In this document: positions 26,200 to 39,061 of the stretch, one piece after another
Layout: every line of letters begins with the position of its first letter
Numbering within the stretch: the stretch's first letter is position 1
DNA from: Octopus vulgaris
Taxonomy: Eukaryota
Length of the DNA: 64,000 nt
Direction: 5' to 3'
Assembly: GCA_951406725.2 (NCBI GenBank)
Contig: OX597815.1
Coordinates: forward strand, 89,590,001 to 89,654,000
Position numbers and translations under genes: made by a program
Notes under the pieces: model-generated
Told to the model about the DNA's origin: nothing
Database searches by the model: none
Seen by the model: the letters and a program-made list of their open reading frames with translations, nothing else

Positions 26200-27640
26200 A
26201 CTCCCCCACCGCCTCAACCTCATTTCCTATCCCTCGCACCCCCACAATTTACTTCCTCCCCCAAATCCACAAACCTAACAACCCTGGCCGGCCCATCGTC
26301 TCCGCCTGTAACTGCCCCACCAAACTCATCTCCAGATATCTTGACTGTGTTCTTGTCCACCTAGTGGCTCCCCTCCCCTCTCACATCCATGATGCCAACC
26401 CTGCGCTTCATTTGTTCAACTCTTTCTCCTTCCCTCCTGGCTCCTCTAAACTTCTCTTCACTCTCGACATCCAGAGCCTTTACACGGTGATCCCTCAATT
26501 CGAGGGGCTGCGTGCACTCTAACGTTTCATTGACCTTCGGCCCTACCCTCAACCCGACACATCCACACTCTTTCGTCCGGCCGAACATGTCCTCTCACTC
26601 AACTGCTTCTCAGATGTCGGTAGTGGCCATGGGAACGACAATGGGCCCCAACTATGCGAACGTGTTCGTTGGCAACGTTGAGGGCCAAATATTCGCGAAC
26701 TATACGGCCGTTATATTGATGACTGTATCGGCGCGACCTCACTCTCCCCCGAACATCTAGACTCCTTCCTCTCTTGTCAAATCTTTCCATCCTGCCCTCC
26801 ACTTTTCCTGCACTCTCTCTGACATCTCTATCTCCTTTCTTGACATTTCGGTCAGTATTCATCACTCAATTCTCACGACCTCCATCCGCTACAAACACAC
26901 AGAATCGCATTCTTGCCTGAACTTCTCCTCCTCTCACCCTAAACAAACCAAACTTTTCATCCCCTCTTTCAAATTCCTCCGTCTACGCAAGCTTTGCAAT
27001 GACAACCACTTCATCCTACGTGGATATCCCCTCACCACTATCCACACCTTACTAGAGCACGTTCGGTGGACCGCGTATCTGCTCTCTCAACCCGCACCCA
27101 CCCCACCGTCTCCCGTCTCCCATTCCCCTCACTTACCACCCCACCAGCCTGACTTTCCGAGCTTTCTGGCGACTCCAGTCCAACGTCTCCACCTCGGACA
27201 TCTTCCCTAACCGACCCCTCCTCTCCTTCAAACGAGGACACAACCTACGAGACCTCTTGGTCCACAGCTTCTTGCCTAACCCAACCTCTCAACCCGACTC
27301 GTTCCCCTGCACCTGGTCACACTGCCACCCTCTCATATCACCTACCCCTTCACTTCACTATTACCGATATTATGTACTGCCTTTCCTCCTGCCCTTCTCT
27401 ATACATCGGGCAAACGGGACGCCGCTTGGCTGACCGGTACGCGGAACATCTCCGAATCATCCGTCTCGGCAATGACACCACGGTCTCGAGTCATTTCTGC
27501 TCTACCGATCACTACTGTATGTGTTCGGATTGTCCTCGCACAGGGGCCATCCGGACTCCCGTTTTCGCCGTGAACAGGGATTAATCTCTCTTCGCTACTT
27601 TACACCAATAGGACTCAACTCTCCTCCCCGCTTCATCTCA
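26200..27640 (+). mobile_element. Penelope-like retroelement (RT plus GIY-YIG endonuclease), frameshifted
   Basis: YFLPQIHKPNNPGRPIVSACNCPT, DIQSLYTVIP, VAMGTTMGPNYANVFVG, RYIDD, ISFLDISV, YIGQTGRRLADRYAEHLR. Confidence 0.95.
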
Positions 27641-28031
27641 CACTCCTCCTTCCATCTTCTCTCTCCCTCTCACACCTACTTCATCCCACCCACCACTTCT
27701 CCCTTGCTCCGACTTCTACTTCTCTTCATCCCTACTCTCCTTATCTCTGTTCTTCACGCCTACCCACCTCCTCCCTTCCACCTCCGTACACTATCCAACA
27801 CTACCTTCCCTAGCTGGCTATTGACATATTTTCTGTGCCCTGTCGGTATTTGCAAAGGGAAGTCATCCTTCCCGTCTTCAACCTATGATGCATGCGGACT
27901 CGAGTCTCTGGGCATTAACTCGTCATCGGCGTGTGACAATAACCGGTTGTCGAGGAAAATTAGGCCTCCCTTTGCAAATATATAATCATTTTTACGGTGA
28001 CGAAAAGTCACTGATACCTCGCTCAGAGATT

Positions 28032-28085
<54 letters not shown>

Positions 28086-28199
28086 CATATATACATATTT
28101 ACATATATATATGTATATGCATATATACATATATATATATATATATGCATACCTACATATATATGTATATATGCATGCATATATGTGTGCAGGACATCA

Positions 28200-28530
28200 A
28201 AAAACGAGAACATAAGAAGCAAAGACATAGAAAACGATCTTTGTTTCGAACAACGGAAAAAAACAAACAGTAAAACGAGACATGCAACATAAAGAACATT
28301 GTCTTCATCAGTTGACCCCTGTTTTATCTACTCTGCCTTCGAAGGCAAGGACAAGATGCGACTCTTTAAAACAATCCTTCCCGCAAAAAAATAAATAAAT
28401 AAAATTTCAGATTTTTTACAGAAAATGAAAGTGGTAACAAAAACAGGACAGTGAGAAAAAAACAGTAAAAACAAACGGTGAGGAATGTTAAACCAAAACG
28501 ATATGAAACGGTGAACACGGGAAAAACGAG
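28200..28530 (-). repeat. Dispersed repeat with permuted hammerhead-like boxes (copy 2)
   Basis: Minus strand CTTC-GAAG-N25-CTGATGA-A-GAC; shares ttctttatgttgcatgtctcgttt with copy 1. Confidence 0.75.
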
Positions 28531-28789
28531 CTTTCAGAACAGATAGATAAAAGCATGTGTTGTCTTTACGAAGGAAGTGGAAGAAAGAAATATGGATAGC
28601 CGTTGGTCACGTGCGAGCAACGAGAGAGTCAAGTAGGGAGAGTGAGATTGAGAGAGAGGGAACGGTGAAGTGGAGAGAGAAGAATAAGGAAATGGTGGGA
28701 GAGAAAAACAGAAAGGAAGAACAAAAGAGGGAGATTGATAGACAATGTGTGTGTATACATGTGTGTGCGTGCGTGAATGTGTGTATGTG

Positions 28790-29000
28790 TGTGTCTTTGT
28801 TTCTGTGTTTCTCACCCCACTATCGTTTGACAATTAATATTGGTGTGTTTACGTCTCCGTAACTTAGCGGTTCTGCAAAGTAATTATTTGGCTTACAAAA
28901 AATAAGTCCTGAGATCGATTTCTTCGACTAAAACCCTTTAAGGCGCTGCTCCAGCATGGCTGCGCTCAAATGACTGAAGCAAAGAAAATAATAGAAGAAC
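28790..29000 (+). mobile_element. SINE family A, 3' part
   Basis: tggtgtgtttacgtctccgtaacttagcggttc...gctccagcatggc. Confidence 0.8.
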
Positions 29001-29079
29001 GTATATGTATGTATATATGTATGTAAATATCTACGTACGTGTATATACCTGTGCGTGTCCCTGTGTTCATGTGTAAAAT

Positions 29080-29293
29080 TCTTTTCTACTCTAGGCACAA
29101 AGCCTGAAATTTTGCGGTAGAGGGCCAATCGATTAAATTGACCCCAGTACGCAACTGGTACTTAATTTAGTGACCCCGAAAGGATGAAAGGCAAAGTCGA
29201 CCTTGGCGAAATTTGAACTCAGAACGTAAAGGCATACGAAATACCGCTAAGTATTTCACCCGGCGTGCTAACATTGCTACCAGCTCGCCTCCT
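29080..29293 (-). mobile_element. SINE family B copy
   Basis: ccccgaaaggatgaaaggcaaagtcgac...atttgaactcagaacg...ccagctcgcc. Confidence 0.9.
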
Positions 29294-29901
29294 TGTTCAC
29301 GAGTAATATTGCGTGAGTGAACGTATTTTTACGTACGTAATATCTGGTTGTGTACCTTTGTGGCTGTGTATATATGTACACACAGCCGCAACAAAATATG
29401 AAAACCATTCAAAGACTGGTGAATTTAGTATGTTAGGTAAATAGTAAATATGCATAAGATTTCTACACTCTGAATTCATGTCATTTTGAGGTTCCCGTCT
29501 GAAGTCGGTTGTTTTCTGTTTATTTGACAGGGATAAAATCAATAGTCGAGAAGGATGTATGAAGTAGATGCATGGATGTTTCGTGTTTGCTAATGGAACT
29601 TGGAATTGAATGGATGTTGCATTAATGCAAAAATAAAACACCTATTACCTGCTAACGTTTGTGTTTACCAGGATTCTTTGATACAATGGGATTTCAATTA
29701 CCGTGAATCTGATTCAAATATAAGATGTAATTATACACTCTGTTAGTAATGCTGTGGCAGCATAATCTCCTTTACTGTATATTTTTCTGTTCCTGTCTCT
29801 GTTGCTCGTAGCTTACTCATTAATAGTACACGTAACTCTGCTTTGTTGTCTCTGATTATTAAATGAAAAGAAAAACATTGAAGTAGAGAAGCCGTATGAA
29901 A

Positions 29902-29976
<75 letters not shown>

Positions 29977-30940
29977 CTAATTTCAAAAACACAACAAAAT
30001 ATGTTTAGTCATCAAGAGTTGACTGTATGTCAAAAAAACCCGTAATGAAATGCGTCACATATCCTGTCGAATTACTCTCTGTAGAATGCCCGATACGATC
30101 TTCTGAACGTGATGGTTGCAGGTCTTTGGTAAAAATTGTAATACAGCATATATACGCAAGAAAGTTGGCTACTGTTATTGAAGTTTTAATGTTGAATAAA
30201 TTTATTTTTTCTTATTATAGGAGTGCCATTTAAGGTTGCGCAATTTATTTCAATGAAATGGTATACAAAAATTCATTAAATTGTATTTTCCAGTCACAAA
30301 TTGGAAAAGCACGAATAGAAAGATGTTTTTCCTAGAGACAATGATTAGATTTTCTTGATGAGGGTTGTATGATTTGGAATAGCTCACTTGATTTTTAAAT
30401 ATATATAATACAAGTTTTAAAGTACAAATATACTTGGATAGTGAGGTGACGAAATATTATTATCGGTTCGAAATATACACATATGTTGCGAAAATGATTT
30501 GAAAGTGACTTTTAACTTTTATTGCTATCTTGAAATGAAGCCTTAGCGCAATAAAGAAATGTTTTACAAAGTCATATCCAGTTCATAGTACAAATGTTAT
30601 TATCATTATATTGAAGTTATATTTGCCAGTTTTTGGAGCAAGAATTTTTGTTAACATTGTATATGAAGGATCACCAAAAGGTTATTTCTATGTAAGATGT
30701 AATATTAGTTGTTTGGTTAATGCTTATTTAGAATGTTTAGGAAATTCCTGTAAAAACCGGAACAAATACTGAAACTATTATTAGGTCATATACCATTTCC
30801 TTTTCTATTTTTACATTTATATATTTGAACAGGATTCCGAAAATTCATTCCGACGTCTTAAGCTTTTATACGATAATGACCACAGCTAAGGAATATATTA
30901 TTAAAAGATAAACATACTAATATTGCTACTTTTTATGGAA

Positions 30941-31781
30941 TACGAGGTCTGATTAATAAGTATAGGGACTGTTGCCGTAGTAACGAAACTATAGCACACA
31001 GAGTGAAGCCACTTGGCATAGATTGATCTGGAACTCTGCTGTACATGCGCACTAAGGGTTAACGTTCTAGCTCACTACCGCTATTTACAGCAGTGCTTCG
31101 AAATAACGTGTGTAACGTGTGATCGACGTATTGACCATCACAGAGAAAGTTATCATGGCGATACCGGCTCAGGGCCTAGGCAAATTTGCAGAAAGTGTAT
31201 GGTCAGGAGTGTATGAGACGCATACAAGCATACGAGTGGTTCTGACATTTCCAAGATGGTAAAAAGAATGTTGATAGCAACGAAAGTTCTGGGAGACACG
31301 CAACCAACAGAACTGAGAAAAACATCACAGATGTGCATGCAGCTGTGAGGGTAAATCGTCGAATCCCCATCCGTGAGTTATCAAAGGATGCGCAGATTGA
31401 ATTCATTATCACAGAAGATTTGGGTATGAGACGCGTGCCTGCTAATTTTGTGCCCAAACTGCTTTCACCACCTAACCAAAAATCATTTGCGCTTCAGTTG
31501 CACAAGATCTCCTTGATTGTGTCGAGAACGATGAAAACTTTCTGAAAATTTGATGCCAATTCTCTGCTCAACTTCCTCTGTCATGGTGAATGTGCGGAAC
31601 ACACGCTATGCACGTTATTTCCAAGTACTGCTATGTACAGCGGAACTGTGAGCTAGAACGTTAAAACTTAGAGTGTATGCACAGCATTATTCAAGGTCAG
31701 TCTGTGCTGAGCAGCTTTACCCTGCGTGCTTTAGGTTCGTTACCATAACAACAGTCCGGATACTTATTGATCAGAGGAGTA
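30941..31781 (+). mobile_element. Internally deleted mariner with ~160-bp inverted termini
   Basis: 30941-31100 is the reverse complement (diverged) of 31621-31781; TA flanks; internal HTH fragment YEWF..F.DG...SGR...NRRIPIRELS...LGMRRVPANFVPKLL. Confidence 0.9.
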
Positions 31782-32361
31782 TTGTAGAAGTGTTTTATGT
31801 AGTGCATTTTTTAATTAGCTTAACTTTCAAGACACTGTATACAAGTAGTAAGATAATAACTCGGCTTAGATTTATATGGACCATGCTCTGGAAATCTAAA
31901 ATTTTACTCTCCTCAGGAGCTAATACATAACGGCTTAAGTATGGTTACACATACTCCAGCTAAATCAAGGGTTTGTTTCTCATTTTATGATGCTATTTTT
32001 ACATTACACGATTCCTTTTGATAAAATGTGTCCGTAAATAATAATGACGCTCTATCATGCAGAAAACTATGGTTGTCAAAATCTCTAACGCAAATAAACA
32101 TCTCATAATTAAAAAAAATATTTGAAGAGGCATAGATATAGAGGTATGCAGCTATGCTTTACCAAACTTTATAAGTATGATAACCATTTAATAAATATGC
32201 TATTGAAGTAGTTGATGATGGAGAAGTTATTATTCTGCAAGAAAAAGAAAAAGACAGCTTCAATAGTGAAAGTATGCAAACTCAAATATATTTATTAATC
32301 TAATTTTTGCATACTGTATGCGTCAATCTGCATTTAATGTTGATAAGGACATTTGCACAAT

Positions 32362-32372
32362 TACACACACAC

Positions 32373-32464
<92 letters not shown>

Positions 32465-32482
32465 GACACGCACACTCACACA
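32362..32482. repeat. (CA)n microsatellite
   Basis: Direct reading. Confidence 0.97.
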
Positions 32483-32494
32483 TATGCATATTTA

Positions 32495-32705
32495 CACGAG
32501 GAGGTGCTGAAACGTTCCAGGCTTTGAGTAAAAGAAAATAGAGGTGGATCCGTTAATTATGATTTTATTCAACATATTCACCTCTCAGATTCACATACTT
32601 ATTGCAGCGATCCTTCAGTTTTTCTAATGCCTGAAAAAGAGCTCGGAATTTGGGCCTCCAACCCGGCCCTTCGCGACATCCTTAAAGTTGGGAATTTTCA
32701 GCACT
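32495..32705 (-). mobile_element. Mariner 3' end fragment with TIR
   Basis: Minus strand LEKLKDRCNKYVNLRGEYVE*, then a terminal cacgaggaggtgctgaaa TIR-like sequence. Confidence 0.78.
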
Positions 32706-32753
32706 CCACGTATATACATACATGCATACATATATGCATAAATACATACACAG

Positions 32754-32800
<47 letters not shown>

Positions 32801-33178
32801 CTCTTTTACTTGTTTCAGTCATTTGACTGCGGCCATGCTGGAGCACCGCCTTTAGTCGAGCAAATCGACCCCGGGACTTATTCTTTGTAAGCCCAGTACT
32901 TATTCTATCGGTCTCTTTTGCCGAACCGCTAAGTGACGGAGACGTAAACACACCACCATCGGTTGTCAAGCAATGCTAGGGGGACAAACACAGACACACA
33001 AACATACATATATACGACAGGCTTCTTTCAGTTTCCGTCTACCAAATCCATTCATAAGGCATTGGTCGTCCCGGGGCTATAGCAGGAGACACTTGCCCAA
33101 GATGCCACGCAGTGGGACTGAACCCGGAGCCATGTAGTTGGTTAGCAAGCTACTTACCACACAGCCACTCCTGCGCCT
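32801..33178 (-). mobile_element. Full-length SINE family A
   Basis: Near-identical to 5584-5989. Confidence 0.92.
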
Positions 33179-33185
33179 GTATATA

Positions 33186-33276
<91 letters not shown>

Positions 33277-33943
33277 TGAAGCATATTTGCCACCTAAATG
33301 TGGCTAACCCCTGAGGGTGGATGGTATATATAATTAGCTTAAAAGCCGTCCAAAAGGGCAGCTTTTATGCTAGCTCCTGCGGAGGATGCTTCATTAGGCC
33401 TTGGGACCAACAATTACACTTCACGCATTGAATACATATTAAATTTTATTCAACTTGAGCAATATGTTTCATGCAATGAACAATTTTCATCGAAACAAAG
33501 ATATAATTTGTCGACTTGAAACTTATTGCAAAGCTGCATGATAAACAACAGTACCACTACCATCGCCACCACTTCTGACATATACACTATTCAGACGTTT
33601 GACGCCATCACCATCATTAGTTTTGACTTTGCCGCCTTCCCCTCCACCACCATCACCTCTATCTTTCACATCGCTTGCTCTCACTGTCATTCCTGACCGC
33701 CTCGGCTACCATCACCATCATCATCACGGCCACCTCTGCCTCTATCACAACTACAACTCATACTGTTACTATCACGCCATTACCATAAGTGTTCAGTATG
33801 TTAGTTCAGCATACTAGTTCAGTGTTCAGCCCCTCTTTTTCTCACATACCCACTTTTTCTCTCTCTCTTATTATTACCTCCACTGTTACCATCAACACTA
33901 CTACTCTTAATAAAACATCATCAACTCTATTTAAATTTCTTTG

Positions 33944-33978
<35 letters not shown>

Positions 33979-35064
33979 TTATCTTTTTCGCTCTATCTGT
34001 CTTCGCCACCGCCCTCACCTTTTCCAGACCTACTATTCCTCTCACCCTAGCACGAGGAATAATAGAAGTATCATGGAAAAGAGAAAGAAGGATTCAAAGT
34101 GTGACATACTAACACACAGAAACTAGTTTCGCATTTATTATATTAGAAGATAATTTAACATTAAATTGAAGGATTATTTTATACGTTTACACGAGAGTAC
34201 GTATTTCTTAACATTTACCAGCAAAAGGCTAAAGGTGACTTCAAGTTTTATATTTACGTACATACACATAGTGAGATCTCTAAAAATGATATAAAGCTAA
34301 CGTATCGCTAAAGCTCCGACTCGGTAAGCTTTTTTGAGGTGGGCATTATGGGAAGTACTACCGTTCATTTTCACTCATGTATTATGAATATTAAGAGGGA
34401 ATTTTCCATGGGTAGTGCTGTTTTCAGTGTGGTAGATTATTTTCTTATACACACATACGTACATACATACATACATACATACATACATACATACATACAT
34501 ACATACATACATACATGTATATATATGCTCCCACTCGTTTATTTTCCCTGTACCTTTCTCTTTCTCTATCATTTTTTCTAATTCTTCAATCCCACTGCTC
34601 CACCCATCTCTTCTCCTTCCATGTGACCGGTGTCCCACCTGCCATGATCTTTCTTTCTTGGCCCGACTACCGACCGCCAACACCTCTTATGTCCATCTCC
34701 TATGTTCCTGCTTTTAGGCTTTCAATTCATACACGCCAACTCAATTTGATTCGTTCTCAGTCGAAAGACACCTGTTGTTATTTTTTGTTGTTTTATTCGC
34801 AATTGTGTACTATGTTCACCGTTTTTTGGTTGTTTGCTTTTTTTGTCTTTGTTGCCATACACATTAGCTAGCTTTCTTACAAAGGTGTTTAATGCTCTTA
34901 GCTTAAACTTGTTTGGGAGGCAACCAGATCGAACCGATTACATCTCAAGTGTAACCGCTCAAAATATATATATTATGGAAATGTACCTTCATAGCAAGTG
35001 ACCTGATCTGAGATCATGTGCTGAAACAAAAACAATTGCATCTTGGAAGGTATTTATAAACCGG

Positions 35065-35235
35065 CCTTCTTTCAGTTTCGGACTACCAAATCCACTCAAA
35101 AGGCTTTGGTCGACCCGAGGCTACAGCAGAAGACACTAACCCAAGTACTCAAGGTGCTCACGCAGTGGAACTGATTCCTGAAAAATGTGGTTGGTTGGTA
35201 AGTAAGCTACTTACCACATAGCTGCTCCTGCGCCA
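35065..35235 (-). mobile_element. SINE family A 5' part, followed by an oppositely oriented degenerate 3' part to ~35430
   Basis: ttctttcagtttcggactaccaaatccactc...ctcctgcgcc. Confidence 0.8.
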
Positions 35236-35899
35236 ATATATATATATATGGGGTTGGTTGTTGTTTATATCTGTCTTTGTCTTTACCACATCCTTACAAA
35301 CAATGTTGGTGTGCTTACATCCTTGTAACTTACCAGTTCAGAAAAAGGAAACAAAGTACAGGGTCAATTTGCTCGACTAAAATTCCTCAAGGTCGTGCCT
35401 GAGCACGGCTGCACTGCAATGACTAACATAATAAAAGATAATAGAGAAAGTTATATATACGTATGCACCTGTGTGAGTGTCTCTTTGGTGCAATTCTTAA
35501 GCGTAATTCTCTTATATTTACTTTTCAAAAAGAGTCATCATAGTATCGTGCCATATTGGGTGAACAGTGATAGAATCAGTCAGGCAGGTACAGGAAAAAT
35601 GTATATTCCTGCGCGGAGATAAAAAGTAAAAGTCACTATGCAGGAAACAGGTAGGCGTAGAAGGAACACCCGCGTTTAGCATTTTATTGCGATGCAAACT
35701 ATTGGGCAGCTGGTCCTTCTGAAGATGATCGTTCAGTAAGATGATCTAAATGCTTTTATATTTTCATAATTACAAATGATAATAGGGCGTTTTTGTTTCT
35801 GAGTTACATTAAGGAAAACTACACACCTTGTTACGCTATAGAATATTCCTTTTGTTCTCTATTAATCACCAATTCGTGTTGCTTTACAATTTTATTCAT

Positions 35900-36255
35900 T
35901 TATTAGATTCTAGTAATGTCAGTGGATAACTTTTTTCCAACCAAAAGAACAGCAATTAATATGAATTCTCCTAAACTTCATATGCTCATCGTTTAGGATT
36001 TATATTCGCGATAGATTTTCCTCTTATAAAAGCTATAATATGGTAATTTGGGGCCGTAACAATTGCGACAATCAAACAGTGACAGTTGCAGCAACATCTG
36101 CACCATAATTAAAGAAGATTATTTCGATTGGGTAATGAAACGAATTTCCTACTGAAGTTAAGCAGAAAGCATTGAGCAAGGTCAGCTTATAATATTCTGG
36201 ATTTAAAAAGAATAAATCGACTAAAACGAAGTTCAAATGAACATGTCATACATTT
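35900..36255 (+). mobile_element. Ancient dispersed repeat, probable piggyBac fossil (copy 2)
   Basis: Shares ttctagtaatgt, ccaaaagaacag..at.a.tatgaattct.ctaaa, caatt.cgaca and cgattgggtaa with 18110-18470. Confidence 0.5.
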
Positions 36256-36976
36256 TACAGTAAACTGCAACATCAACATCTAAATGTGAAAATTAAGATC
36301 ATAGAAAAAAATATAAGGGCTAAAAAAGAGTAATTTAATTATTAGTCGATCCGATTTGACATCATGCTATGTTGCATTATATCTTTGATTCTCTCAACTT
36401 TTTGCCAAAATTATATATGAAAAATTTACATTTGACATGATAATTCCGAGAATTCACGCCGAGAATTCGCACCGCGTGAAATCTGCATCTTTGGCAGATA
36501 GTTACCGATAGTTTGAACTATCCGACAATTTTCAGCTTTAGTTTGTATATATTTATTTCACTTTGTTTAAGTCATCAATATTGTTGGGTGAAGTCATACC
36601 ACTTATCTGCCTGTTTCCCACTGCATTTTCGTTCTCAGGTCAACATGCTTTTCTCTAAATCAATATAAAACACAGTAAAAAAGGGAAACAGATATTGTCC
36701 CTGACTACCAGCAAATTTACGTCAAGATCAAATTTACACTAGAATAGATGTTGGGCAATTCATCAGCACAGTTAATCTTGTACTTTTCACTTCACAAAGT
36801 TTTCTGTAATAGGTATATTGTGCTTTTAAGGTCATAAATCTCGAGTTCACCATCGGATTTTACAGGGCTTTGAAGATATTTTACATTTATATGTAAATAA
36901 CATTGAAAGAAAGAATTGAATGATATCAATCATTTACTGTTGAACAGTCTAGCAGTTTATTCCTGGTTCTTAGTTG

Positions 36977-37021
<45 letters not shown>

Positions 37022-37557
37022 CTTCAGTTGAATATTCGTATGAACACTAAATTTCCTTTCTCTTATTTCCACGAAGTTAGATATCTATAGTTGGAGTGTA
37101 TAAAGGAATACAACCACGCTACTACATTTTAGTTAAGCAAATAAATACAGTAATCTCGTTTAAATTTGCATTTTTCAATTATATAGGTAAGCCGAATAAT
37201 TATATAAGTAACCAGAATAATGAAGAACGTGCCAAAGGAATGAAGAGATAAGTACGTTTGTGTGTTGGGCGAGTTCCACGGAAATTTCATAATTCATAAA
37301 ACCTGTGATCATATTTTCATATGTAAAGTTAGAAATCTTTATGTAATTTTCATTTAAGTCTTACATTTTGTATCATAGTTACGGGTGTTTGGAAATTACA
37401 GTCACAATTTGTTTCAACTCTTAAAACCGTAAAGCATAAGTGTATTGTGCGGCAGGCAGTTTTATTGATTCTTATAAACTGTGTAACTTCGGTAGAAAAT
37501 CTTTGAACATCAATACGAGTTAGGCTTCCGGTTTTAGGATGTTATACCGAGCCGATA

Positions 37558-37602
<45 letters not shown>

Positions 37603-37648
37603 CATACATATACATACATATATAGATATAAATATATATATGTGGTGC

Positions 37649-37684
<36 letters not shown>

Positions 37685-38229
37685 TTTAAAAGCAGCACAA
37701 ATTTAACAAAAGCTGTTACTCGGAGTTTCACGTTTCCGTTCGTCGGACAATGAATATTATAATACTGATGATGATGATGATGATGATGTTGAGGATAGTT
37801 ATGATCAAGTTTTGCACAACGCCAATAATTTCAGTGGAGGACCTAAGTGGATTACATTGGCCCAAGTTCTCCGATGGTACCTATTTTATTGATTTCGAAA
37901 GGATGAATAGCAAATCGGTCGCAGAAAATTTGAACACACAACGCAAATGGTTGAAAAGAATACCGCAACGCATTTTGGTCAACTGAAGAAACTCGAAAAA
38001 GAATTCATATTCAAGATTAATCATATTACTATACTAAAACAGTGGACAATTGAGAATAGAAACACTCACACACACACGCGTACAACGCTCTGCTCTCTCG
38101 TCCCTTCCCTCTTTCTCACGGACACGTTCTTAATATACTGGAAATAATAGAAAAGAATATATTGGAAATAATATTTCACTTATATGTCGCTCAAAAGACT
38201 ACCAATCAAGCGAAGAAGCCCCACCATCT

Positions 38230-39061
38230 CAGATATATATTGAAAAAATTTAGAGTTTGCTGCTAATCAGGAGGTGGATCGGCAGAACGCTGACAAATGG
38301 TTAGTAAATTTCAACACTGACAAGACCATACTCATTTCTTTCAGTAAGATGCGGAAATCCTGTCTTCCTGTCTTTATTTGCATGAATTATAGGTCTGAGG
38401 TATTACATGGTGAGGCAGTCAATCCACTCGAGGAGAGATCTTTGAAACTGCTTGGTTGTACTTTCTCATCTGTCTTTTCTAGTGGTTCTAACAAATAGTC
38501 AATTGGTACGTCAGTTACCTTTCCGGAATGTTGGGTCATTGTATAACCCAAAGGACTACCTCAAATCCGAGATCATTTTGTATCTTTACAGAATTTGCCC
38601 ACAATTCGTCCACGATTCGTCTACAATTTGTCAACGATTCATACGGTTCTCATATTTGGGTAGGTGCACCATCTTGTCACTTGGATCTCTAATTTGAATC
38701 TCTAATTTGATTGAACTCTATCATGCTTCAACTCTGCAACCTTTACGACATCGACATAACGTTGCCGTTCTGAATTTTTTGTATTGATATTACCACATGA
38801 AGCACTTTAATGGACTTGTCCCAGATCACGTTGTGCAGTCTGGCCTTACTCGAAACTCACAACGTATTCATCCAAATGCTAACTTTTTACTTCCAACTGC
38901 CAGACTTTGTAACTCTCTTCCATCTCATTGTTTCCCCATTTAATTACCTTAACACTTTCAAGTCTAAAATAAATTATTTCCTTTCATCTTAATTTCTCCT
39001 TCTTAGTCCCTTACACGAAGTGGCTTTTCGCATTGTTTGGGACTTTCTAATATAAAAAAAA
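38230..39061 (+). mobile_element. Degenerate L2/CR1-group LINE 3' end with short poly(A)
   Basis: KWLVNFNTDKT, LKLLGCTFSS, LQPLRHRHNVAVLNFLY*YYH, LNTFKSKIN, then an A-tail at 39054-39061. Confidence 0.75.

Noticed and set aside
27521-27985. 154-aa ORF downstream of the Penelope endonuclease
   Set aside because: Pyrimidine-rich low-complexity tail of the element with no protein motif
33278-33420. GCCAC-loop-GTGG-CTAA hairpin resembling P4 and J4/2 of an HDV-like ribozyme
   Set aside because: Upstream is a (TA)n tract, so P1, P2 and P3 cannot be built
35719-35753. CTGAAGA-TGATC...GATC-TAAA hammerhead-like string
   Set aside because: The GAAA box is broken, there is no convincing stem I or III, and there is no second copy in the window
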